From: a virus | Reading direction: 5' to 3' (one strand) | Length of the DNA: 40,283 nt | IMG/VR virus record: IMGVR_UViG_3300050185_000003 | Coordinates: 1 to 40,283 of that record | The notes under the pieces: generated by a model | What the model saw: the letters and a program-made list of their open reading frames with translations, nothing else | The model's database searches: none | What the model was told of the DNA's origin: nothing | Position numbers and translations under genes: made by a program | In this document: in pieces, positions 33,988 through 40,283 of the stretch | Numbering within the stretch: position 1 is the stretch's first letter | Layout: the number at the start of each line of letters is the position of its first letter

Positions 33988-35139
33988 ATGAACAAGTCCT
34001 CCCGCAATATCGTCCGCTTCGCAGCGGTGTTGCTGATCCTGGCATTTGCCTTCGGCTGCCCGACGCCGACGCCGAGTACGACCCCGAGCACGCCAACGAC
34101 GCCGGCGGAGCCGGAGCCTGCCTTCGAGGTCTGCGTCGAGATCCTGGATCTCCCGGTTGCCGAGGGCGACTGGAAGGCGGCGCTCTTGGCCATCTACGGC
34201 GCCGGCGGGAAGCGAGTCCGCTTCATTGCCGATACTCAATGGAACTGGACCGGGACGCAGCCTTATGAGTACGCGGCCTACGATGAGGCCACGGCCGAGA
34301 AGATCCGCTGGAAGGATCCGAGCGATCCCAAGACGATCGTCAACCGCGGCGGGATAATGACCCTGGTCCGGGAGTCAGGGGCGGAGTTCCCTCTATACGA
34401 CTACACGCGCCCGCGCGCGGCCTATTGGGCGCACCTGCGGGAGATACTGGACTTCTGCCGGCAGATCGGCATGGGGGTTCACGTCGTAATCCTGGACTAC
34501 TGTACGCTCAAGACCGGCGGAGATGGGAAGTATTTCAGTCCCTGGTACTGCGCCGTGCAGAGGATGCTCCCCGGGATCCAGAACGGTACCTGGGGCGAGC
34601 AGATGAAGCCCTGGATTGCCCTCTACTACCAGGCGGTCATCGTCCAGGTCAAGGAAAGCCGTGTCGATTACCTGATCGAAGATATGAACGAGGGCGACGC
34701 CCTGGGCTGGGACGACGCCTTCATGCTGGCCTGGTTCACCTGGTCGAACCAGACGCTGAGGGCCCTGGGGATCCCCCAGGAGAAGATCGTCACTTCCGCC
34801 GGGCGGAACATCCAGGCCCTGGCCGAGCTCTGCGGTTGGGTCAGCGTCCACGGAGTTGGCACCGCGGCCGGGATCCGGGAGTATAACGGGATCCCCGAGG
34901 CCAAGACGATCTGGTCCTCGGACGGGTACTGGGGCGGATCCGGAGGTTGCGATGCCAAGGGGCGTTGCGGGGTCGGGGCCACGGCTGCCGGCGAGATCGG
35001 GGCGGCCGTAGTCGCCGGCGGCGGGAAGAAGTACTCGATCCTGGTCCGGGAGATCTACGCCCGCAACAATGACCGGGCAGACCTGAGCCTGCTCGACACG
35101 GCGCCGATTGCGGCTCTGGCGAAGATGGCCAAGCAATAA
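33988..35139 (+). CDS. predicted lipoprotein, possibly glycoside-hydrolase-like (TIM-barrel, IEDMNEGD resembles a GH5-type ..NE.. acid/base motif)
   Basis: Signal sequence MNKSSRNIVRFAAVLLILAFAFG|C is followed by a Pro/Thr linker (PTPTPSTTPSTPTTPAEPEP). It is the last + strand gene before the att/int region. The enzyme call is weak. Confidence 0.6.
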   Translation: MNKSSRNIVRFAAVLLILAFAFGCPTPTPSTTPSTPTTPAEPEPAFEVCVEILDLPVAEGDWKAALLAIYGAGGKRVRFIADTQWNWTGTQPYEYAAYDEATAEKIRWKDPSDPKTIVNRGGIMTLVRESGAEFPLYDYTRPRAAYWAHLREILDFCRQIGMGVHVVILDYCTLKTGGDGKYFSPWYCAVQRMLPGIQNGTWGEQMKPWIALYYQAVIVQVKESRVDYLIEDMNEGDALGWDDAFMLAWFTWSNQTLRALGIPQEKIVTSAGRNIQALAELCGWVSVHGVGTAAGIREYNGIPEAKTIWSSDGYWGGSGGCDAKGRCGVGATAAGEIGAAVVAGGGKKYSILVREIYARNNDRADLSLLDTAPIAALAKMAKQ

Positions 35140-35331
35140 TATCAGTTTGCGGATTTGCGCAAGTCGCGGGCGACGATAACTTGACGGGCCATGAGCGTGA
35201 TGGACCGCTTACAATTCCGTCACCGAATCCCGCCCAAATAGCCCATCATGCGCAAATAGCCAGCCTGTTGGACGGGGGATAAGGTATGCCGAAGAGGGGA
35301 CTCGAAGCCCTCGCCGCCTGTTGCGGTTCTG
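35140..35331. other. candidate attP region (non-coding, next to the integrase gene)
   Basis: 192-bp gap containing direct repeats caaatagcc (35235, 35253) and gcctgttg (35263, 35316). A tRNA 3'-end-like segment lies on the minus strand (35287..35315). Confidence 0.35.
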
Positions 35332-36429
35332 CTATACCGCGCCTGAAGATTCGTCAGGGTAGCCGGGAAGCGCCGCTGACAATATCGTTGACGCGGCCTT
35401 GATTTCGGCCAGCCGGGGATGGCTGTATCGGGCCGTCGTTTTTAGGTCGGAATGGCTGACCAGGGCCTGCGCCGCCGTGGCCCCAAGCCGGCCCGAGGCC
35501 TCGGTGACGAAGGTATGGCGCAGGACGTGGAAGCCGAAGGCGGGGACCTTAGACAACTCCCGGATCCTGAGCACGGCCAGTCGGACGCTGTCGGGATGGC
35601 GGCTCTGGAGGGGGAAGACGTAGCCTTCGCTGCGGCCGCCGCGGTTTCGCTCGACAGCCGAGGCGGCCACGGCGTTGAGGGGGATCGTCTTGACCACGGC
35701 CGCGGCCCGGCGGTTCGAGCGCCGCCTGCTCTTGGTCTTCTGAATCGGGATGAAGGCCGCGCCGTCCCTGATCCACTCCAGCCGCAGCTCCAGGATCTCG
35801 CTCAGGCGCGCGCCCGTGTGCAGGGCGAAGACAACCATATCCAGGATCGGCCGCCAGTTCGGGGCGCGTGGGGTCTTCGCGGCCACGGCCGCGGCGTCTA
35901 TCACCCGCCGCAGCTCATCGGCCGTCAGCGCCGTCCTGGTCGCCCCCTCCTGGTAGGGGAGGTAGTGTTGCGTCGGCGATTCCCGGGCGTAGCCGTCGGC
36001 GATGGCCAGGCGGTAGAGGCTGCGCACGATCTCGAAGTAGCGGTTGCAAGTCGTCTCGCCGACGCCGCGATCCCGAAGCAGGTGCCGCTCCAGCCTAGCC
36101 ACGTCCTCGCGCCCGATCTGCCGCAGCTCCCGCGTTCCCCACAGGGCCTTGACGACTTCAAGGCGGCGGCTCTGCTTCTCCAGCTCGGCCGGGCTGACCC
36201 TGGTCGCCTGGGCCCTGAGAAAGCGAGGGCAAAAGGCGTTGAAGCTCATGCTGGCCTGGCGCTGGTAGGGGAGGCCGAGGTGCTGGGCCGTGACGCGGAG
36301 GTCCATCTCCCGCACGGCATCGGACAGCAGCTGCTCCTGGCCGGCGCGGATGTGGAGGCTCAGGTCATAGACGCGGCCGTCCATCATCCGGCGGAAGCGC
36401 CAGATGCGCCCGCGCTTGTACACGGTCAT
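35332..36429 (-). CDS. int: tyrosine recombinase / phage integrase
   Basis: Box I TGARLSEIL, box II HVLRHTFVTEA and the catalytic Tyr context LKTTARYSH. There is also an N-terminal SAM-like region. Confidence 0.9.
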   Translation of the reverse strand: MTVYKRGRIWRFRRMMDGRVYDLSLHIRAGQEQLLSDAVREMDLRVTAQHLGLPYQRQASMSFNAFCPRFLRAQATRVSPAELEKQSRRLEVVKALWGTRELRQIGREDVARLERHLLRDRGVGETTCNRYFEIVRSLYRLAIADGYARESPTQHYLPYQEGATRTALTADELRRVIDAAAVAAKTPRAPNWRPILDMVVFALHTGARLSEILELRLEWIRDGAAFIPIQKTKSRRRSNRRAAAVVKTIPLNAVAASAVERNRGGRSEGYVFPLQSRHPDSVRLAVLRIRELSKVPAFGFHVLRHTFVTEASGRLGATAAQALVSHSDLKTTARYSHPRLAEIKAASTILSAALPGYPDESSGAV

Positions 36430-36617
36430 GACGGGCTGGCCACCTGGGCGATAAGCCGTCCGGTCTCGGGGTCTCTCTTGGCCTCGATCAACGCCCCGCA
36501 GGATTTACAGGTGGCGTGGTAGAGTTCGGGCTCCCTGGGGTCCCGGATCGAGTGGGGGATGATCTGCGCCCCGCAGACGGGGCAGGTGAGGATGAAGGCG
36601 GCGAAGATGGGGGTCAT
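36426..36617 (-). CDS. small Zn-ribbon protein (CPVC ... CKSC), co-transcribed with int
   Basis: ORF track entry. It has 4-nt overlaps with both neighbours (ATGA). Confidence 0.5.
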   Translation of the reverse strand: MTPIFAAFILTCPVCGAQIIPHSIRDPREPELYHATCKSCGALIEAKRDPETGRLIAQVASPS

Positions 36618-37132
36618 TTTATTGCATCTCTCCGGGATTCATATTTGCTCCAGTCTATTTCTTTTTCTCGCTCATTCAATAGCGTGACGAGATCCCTTAT
36701 TCTGCCCTCTTCTTTAATGTCGGTTTTTGCTTCAATAATCAACATCCTTGACTTATCCAGGAGGCGATACGCGGTGGTCTTGCTGGCGACTACCAGGGCT
36801 TTATCGATATTGTTTCCAATCGAGCGCTTATAGAAGGAGTAAAGACTCTCATCGCGTCGGCCATCAAACTGCGCTCTAAAATCGTCGGCGGACGGTGATG
36901 TTCTAACATTGTGCTGAGTCTCTAAATTTTTCAACCTCTCAATTGCTTGGTTAATAGCATCAAACCGCGTGCGCATTGTTTGGAGCGTTTTAGTGGAGAG
37001 AGCTAGTTGGTAGCTGTGTTCGATGATCTGAAGCTCCCTCTTGGCCATAGTATCGAGGGCGCGCCTGACTTTGTCTCGTTGCCTCTGGCCGCGCTGGATC
37101 GCACGGAAAAACGATCTAATAAGCAAACCCAT
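36614..37132 (-). CDS. hypothetical helical protein encoded by an AT-rich moron
   Basis: ORF track entry of 172 aa. Two 60-nt lines counted by hand gave 42% and 33% G+C, against about 70% in a capsid-gene line. No TM segment and no recognised family. Confidence 0.7.
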   Translation of the reverse strand: MGLLIRSFFRAIQRGQRQRDKVRRALDTMAKRELQIIEHSYQLALSTKTLQTMRTRFDAINQAIERLKNLETQHNVRTSPSADDFRAQFDGRRDESLYSFYKRSIGNNIDKALVVASKTTAYRLLDKSRMLIIEAKTDIKEEGRIRDLVTLLNEREKEIDWSKYESRRDAIK

Positions 37133-37134
37133 AG

Positions 37135-37143
37135 CCCCCCCCC
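37135..37143 (-). repeat. homopolymer G9 (C9 on the + strand), 2 nt upstream of the moron start codon
   Basis: Read directly: the minus strand reads cctttctGGGGGGGGGctATG. Confidence 0.9.
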
Positions 37144-37155
37144 AGAAAGGTTAGA

Positions 37156-37911
37156 TTAAAGTTTATTCCAAACCCAGACAGCCCTTCCTCGGATCGGATT
37201 GTAGCCCAGGTTCTTCAAGCTGAGCGCCTTCGGAAAGCCGCGGGCGTCCTTGTTATCGGCCATTAGGATCAGGTGCTCGTCAGCGCGGAGGACTCGCTTG
37301 ATCGTCATCCCCTCGTCGGGGATGTAAACAGCATAGATTGATCCGTCTCTGATCTCAGAGGAGTCTTCTAGGTCGAAGGCGACCAAGCCCTTGTCTCCAA
37401 TCGCGGGCTCCATGGAATCGCCCTTGGCGTAGGCGCAGACGATCCGGGGGCGCTCGTGCTTCATCCGCTTGTCGGAGCCCTTGGGGAGTGCCTGGCGGTA
37501 GATGAGGGCGTAACTCTGGGTTTCTTCCTGTTCGATGATAAGGCCGGGGCCGAGGGAGCCGGTCGCGACGATCCGGATCGGGACGAATTCGTCCTTGAGC
37601 CTCATGCGCTCGAAGTCGAGCTTGGTCTTCTCGTCCGGGAAGGTCTCGATAATCGTGGGCTCTTTCTCGGCCTGGGCCTGGGGGATAAGAGGCCCGTCGG
37701 AGAAGAATTCGTAGGGCTGGACTTGAAGCCGTTGGGCGATCTTTAAAAGTTTCTCTATGGTGAAGTTGGCGCCGCCCTTCTCTATCTTCGTGATGTAGGA
37801 GACATCAGCCCCGAGAACGGAGGCGATTTCTTTCCGTTCAACCCCCCGGGCTTTTCTTAGAACCCGAATTCGCTCGCCGACGGCTCCCTTGTCCATGTGC
37901 GTACCAGTCAT
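37156..37911 (-). CDS. CI-type repressor: XRE HTH domain plus LexA/S24 autopeptidase domain
   Basis: HTH ERIRVLRKARGVERKEIASVLGADVSYITKIEKGG, S24 Ser motif AKGDSMEP and Lys context GMTIKRV. The start is ATG 37911 or 37896. Confidence 0.9.
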   Translation of the reverse strand: MTGTHMDKGAVGERIRVLRKARGVERKEIASVLGADVSYITKIEKGGANFTIEKLLKIAQRLQVQPYEFFSDGPLIPQAQAEKEPTIIETFPDEKTKLDFERMRLKDEFVPIRIVATGSLGPGLIIEQEETQSYALIYRQALPKGSDKRMKHERPRIVCAYAKGDSMEPAIGDKGLVAFDLEDSSEIRDGSIYAVYIPDEGMTIKRVLRADEHLILMADNKDARGFPKALSLKNLGYNPIRGRAVWVWNKL

Positions 37912-37949
37912 ATTCTAGGCCGCAATCTCATATAAAGAAATATAAAAAA

Positions 37950-37966
37950 AGTGCTTGACAATCACT
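37950..37966. promoter_or_regulatory. operator-like 17-bp palindrome AGTGC-N7-TCACT overlapping the -35 element
   Basis: Read directly: agtgcttgacaatcact. Confidence 0.4.
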
Positions 37967-37983
37967 ATCTCTGGATTTATAAA
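37955..37983 (+). promoter_or_regulatory. sigma70-type promoter TTGACA - 17 nt - TATAAA driving the cro-like gene (PR analogue)
   Basis: Read directly: ttgaca atcactatctctggatt tataaa, 18 nt upstream of ATG 38001, with GAGG in between. Confidence 0.6.
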
Positions 37984-37999
37984 GTGACTGTGAGGCACT
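37983..37999. promoter_or_regulatory. operator-like 17-bp palindrome AGTGA-N7-GCACT between the -10 element and the cro-like start
   Basis: Read directly: agtgactgtgaggcact. The half-sites match those of the site at 37950, and the two centres are 33 bp apart. Confidence 0.4.
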
Positions 38000-38000
38000 A

Positions 38001-38186
38001 ATGGAAAACCTGAGAGAGCGACTTCAGGCCTATATGGGGGAGAAAGACCTATCCGTCCGGGAGGTCGCCGCCCTCCTCAATCGGCACCCCCTGACCATCT
38101 GGAAATTCCTCCGTGGGAAGACCGCTCCCCACGACCAGACCATCTACCAGATCAAGAAGCTGGTCCGAGGCCGGAGGGTTCAATGA
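38001..38186 (+). CDS. Cro-like small HTH regulator
   Basis: 61 aa, divergent from the repressor gene. The HTH-like stretch is LSVREVAALLNRHPLTIWKFLRG. Confidence 0.65.
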   Translation: MENLRERLQAYMGEKDLSVREVAALLNRHPLTIWKFLRGKTAPHDQTIYQIKKLVRGRRVQ

Positions 38187-38542
38187 CCATCACCTCGACC
38201 GACAAAGCCGCGATGGGGCGCCTCGCCCACTTCGCCAAATACTTCGGCTACTGCGAGGAATGGGCCGAGGCCGACGGCCGCCCGGTCTACAGCATGGAGA
38301 CCAGGCCCGAAGACCTCGCCTACATCATCGCCGACAACGTCTTCGCCGTCACCTTCACCCGCGAAGCAGACGGCCGATTCGTCTACCGCGAATTTGACGC
38401 CGCCGCCTGGGACGCCGAGGAAGAGCGGCTGTGTGAGATCGCTGTCGCAGCCGAGGACAAAGAGGCCGCCGAGGCCGAAGCCCAAGACGCCCGCGAAGCC
38501 GCCGGATACATCGAGGGGTCGGCAGTCGACCCGAGAGACTAG
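38183..38542 (+). CDS. hypothetical acidic early protein
   Basis: ORF track entry with an ATGA overlap with cro. The C-terminal half is rich in Asp, Glu and Ala. Confidence 0.55.
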   Translation: MTITSTDKAAMGRLAHFAKYFGYCEEWAEADGRPVYSMETRPEDLAYIIADNVFAVTFTREADGRFVYREFDAAAWDAEEERLCEIAVAAEDKEAAEAEAQDAREAAGYIEGSAVDPRD

Positions 38543-38551
38543 GAGGGGAGC

Positions 38552-38830
38552 ATGACCACCGCACAGGCCAAGAGTCGCCGCGCCCGCGCCGAGCGCCAGA
38601 TCGTCGCCGCAGGCCGCGCCTTCGCGTCCCGCAAGTCCGAGCGGATCGCCTACTGGAGAGGCCAGGTCCGGCTGTTCAACCTGGCCATCGCCGGGGCCGA
38701 CGCCGCCGGGCGCAAGATGTTCCGCGCCCAGGTCGAGCGCGCCAAGGCCCGCCTCAACGAGTGGGCCAACAAGCGGCCTCCGGTGACGTACAGCGGCCGG
38801 GCCATCGACATCCTGACCGCGGCGGCCTGA
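38552..38830 (+). CDS. hypothetical basic helical protein
   Basis: ORF track entry with GGAGGGGAGC upstream of the ATG. Confidence 0.55.
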   Translation: MTTAQAKSRRARAERQIVAAGRAFASRKSERIAYWRGQVRLFNLAIAGADAAGRKMFRAQVERAKARLNEWANKRPPVTYSGRAIDILTAAA

Positions 38831-38833
38831 CCC

Positions 38834-39031
38834 ATGTCTATGGGGGATCGGATCATGCGCCTGGGAGAAGTCGCCTACGAGCTGCACGTCAGCCGCCGCC
38901 AAGTCGATCGATTGATCGAGCGCGGCGTCATTCGCGCCTTCGCTATCGCCGGCATCCGCTACGTCTACGCCTACGACGTCGACCAGCTGATCAAGGACTC
39001 CATGCGGCGGCCGGTCGGGAGTGCTCAATGA
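38834..39031 (+). CDS. MerR/excisionase-type (HTH_17-like) DNA-binding protein
   Basis: MRLGEVAYELHVSRRQVDRLIERGVIRAF fits the remembered Xis/AlpA-type HTH pattern. Confidence 0.55.
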   Translation: MSMGDRIMRLGEVAYELHVSRRQVDRLIERGVIRAFAIAGIRYVYAYDVDQLIKDSMRRPVGSAQ

Positions 39032-39269
39032 TTACCCCTGCCGCCGTCCCCGTGGCCCCGGTCGCGCCCAAGCCCGGCTCCGATCGCAGCAGGCGGCCGG
39101 TCCGCAAGCCCAGGCGCGTCACCATCCGCCGGCGGGATCAGAAGCAGCGCCCGCGCCCGGCCGTCGTCCACGCCCGTCCACAGTTCGCCGGTATCATCGT
39201 CGAAGATCCAAACATAGGTCATGTGGTCTTCTCCTTTTCTGCTTACCGCGAATATACGGGAGCCGCGTC

Positions 39270-39755
39270 TTGAACCTCAACCCAAACGATCGCGACGAAT
39301 TAGGGGCCGGAATCCAGAGCCTTCTCTACGTCAACCTGATCGTCCACAAAAAGGCCTCGATCAAAGAGGTTGCCGACAAGATGGGGATTCAGCCGGATAC
39401 CCTCTACAAGTACGCAGAGGGCCGCCAGGCCTTCCCGGCCGAGCGCCTGGGGGACCTGGTCAGGGCGACGGGGGATCACGAATACCTGGCCTACGTCGCC
39501 GACAAGGCCGACCTGATTGTCCTGCCGAAGACCAGGGTCAAGGCCTGTGTGAAATCGATTCGTCAGATCGAGATCGAGCTAGCCATCGCCGACGGCGCTC
39601 TCATGAGCCTTACCGAGGACAGTCTGGCCGACGATGAGATCGACGGGGCCGAGTTGAAGAAGGTCCTAACCAAGGCCAACGAGGCCATCCGCCACATCGA
39701 GAGCCTCAAAGAATCCCTCAAAGCCAAGATGGAAGGCCGGGAGCCAGGGGAATGA
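39270..39755 (+). CDS. putative HTH regulatory protein (CII-like, tentative)
   Basis: TTG 39270 follows GGGAG. SIKEVADKMGIQPDTLYKYAEGRQAFPAERLGDLVRATGD resembles phage CII/CP76-type regulators, with a helical C-terminal part. The start is uncertain. Confidence 0.45.
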   Translation: MNLNPNDRDELGAGIQSLLYVNLIVHKKASIKEVADKMGIQPDTLYKYAEGRQAFPAERLGDLVRATGDHEYLAYVADKADLIVLPKTRVKACVKSIRQIEIELAIADGALMSLTEDSLADDEIDGAELKKVLTKANEAIRHIESLKESLKAKMEGREPGE

Positions 39756-40039
39756 ACGCCGCTCGTCCGGACCATGGAATGGCCCAGGATGTTGCAGGGA
39801 ATGGTTCTAACGAGTTCGGAACGCATCCGGCGTCCAACGCCACGAAAAGCCGATTCCAGCCCCGCAAATGCGATTATTGCGGGAACATCTATTCGCCAAG
39901 GCGGCGCAAGTCCGAATACTGCGGAACGCCCTGCCGCGTAGCCGCTTGGCGTGAGCGCGACAAGGCCGCGTCCAGGTCGTTCTCGGCCAGGCTAGCCGCG
40001 CTTGAATCCCGCGTAGCGGAGTTGGAGCGGGGCCGATGA
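39752..40039 (+). CDS. small Cys-rich (Zn-binding-like) protein
   Basis: CDYCGNIYSPRRRKSEYCGTPC (CxxC ... CxxxC) is followed by a coiled-coil tail. There are ATGA overlaps on both sides. Confidence 0.5.
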   Translation: MNAARPDHGMAQDVAGNGSNEFGTHPASNATKSRFQPRKCDYCGNIYSPRRRKSEYCGTPCRVAAWRERDKAASRSFSARLAALESRVAELERGR

Positions 40040-40278
40040 TCCGCGCCGCTATCTGCCCCGCCTGCGGAACGACCTACCTGATCAAGGAAGGCTGTACCCG
40101 ATGCAATCCCGTCCCGCCTGTGCGGGTCAGGAAATACACACGGAAGGGGATCGAATCACCGCGACGCCAGGAATCCACCAGAGCTGAAGTCGCGCGGGAG
40201 GGGGAGGGGACGGTCCGGCGCATGACAAAGGAAACCGCCTCCCCCGAACGCGCCATCCAGGGGCCGCTTTTCGCATAG
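40036..40278 (+). CDS. small Zn-ribbon protein (CPAC ... CTRC)
   Basis: ORF track entry. Its last 122 nt lie in the terminal repeat and are therefore also present at 1..122. Confidence 0.5.
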   Translation: MIRAAICPACGTTYLIKEGCTRCNPVPPVRVRKYTRKGIESPRRQESTRAEVAREGEGTVRRMTKETASPERAIQGPLFA

Positions 40279-40283
40279 GGGAG
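40157..40283. repeat. Terminal direct repeat, right copy (identical to 1..127)
   Basis: Read directly. Confidence 0.95.

Noticed and set aside
35287-35315. Full-length tRNA gene on the minus strand
   Set aside because: Only a T-arm plus 3' acceptor-like fragment is present. The complementary 5' acceptor strand is absent about 70 nt upstream, that region is the int coding end, and the G53-C61 equivalent pair is mismatched. It is reported only as a possible attP core.
35452-36522. 356-aa plus-strand ORF
   Set aside because: It is antisense to the integrase, whose catalytic R..HxxR..Y boxes are clear on the minus strand.
38180-39028. 282-aa minus-strand ORF (also 9192..9896 and 6548..7105)
   Set aside because: These are shadow ORFs opposite translationally coupled + strand early genes, with Gly/Asp/Ala/Arg-rich composition.

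Overview
The window is a complete temperate tailed-phage genome. The first 127 bases are identical to the last 127, so the contig closes on itself with about 40,156 bp of unique sequence. It is high in G+C (a capsid-gene line counted by hand gave about 70%). Nearly all genes are on the + strand in one long rightward array, and only a four-gene lysogeny block is on the - strand.

Gene order:
- 37156..37911 (-): CI-type repressor, followed leftward by an AT-rich moron, a Zn-ribbon ORF and a tyrosine integrase (35332..36429).
- 37950..37999: switch region with a TTGACA-17-TATAAA promoter and two 17-bp operator-like palindromes.
- 38001 onward, wrapping through the contig ends: cro-like gene and small early genes.
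- 502..5183: recombination module, comprising a protein with an SSB-type DDEIPF tail plus SbcD/Mre11-like and SbcC/Rad50-like proteins.
- 5299..8063: replication-organiser-like gene with internal repeat arrays, a lytic transglycosylase and RusA.
- 10313..11718: M15 endolysin and two membrane proteins.
- 11722..13625: TerS and TerL.
- 13625..17666: diversity-generating retroelement (DGR).
- 18035..22414: portal-MuF fusion, HK97-type protease and major capsid protein.
- 22528..35139: connector and tail genes, tail chaperone with a canonical -1 frameshift site, tape measure, a large FN3/discoidin tail-tip protein and a lipoprotein.
- 35140..35331: candidate attP.

The main result is the complete DGR wedged between terL and the portal gene. 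An 864-aa fibre-like target protein has a signal-peptide-like N-terminus and a C-terminal variable region (VR, 16097..16211). The 115-bp template repeat (TR, 16317..16431) differs from the VR almost only at TR adenines. A DGR-type reverse transcriptase follows (IGNYLSQ and YCDD motifs). No recognisable Avd gene is present.

All functional calls rest on motif recognition by eye. No database search was run.
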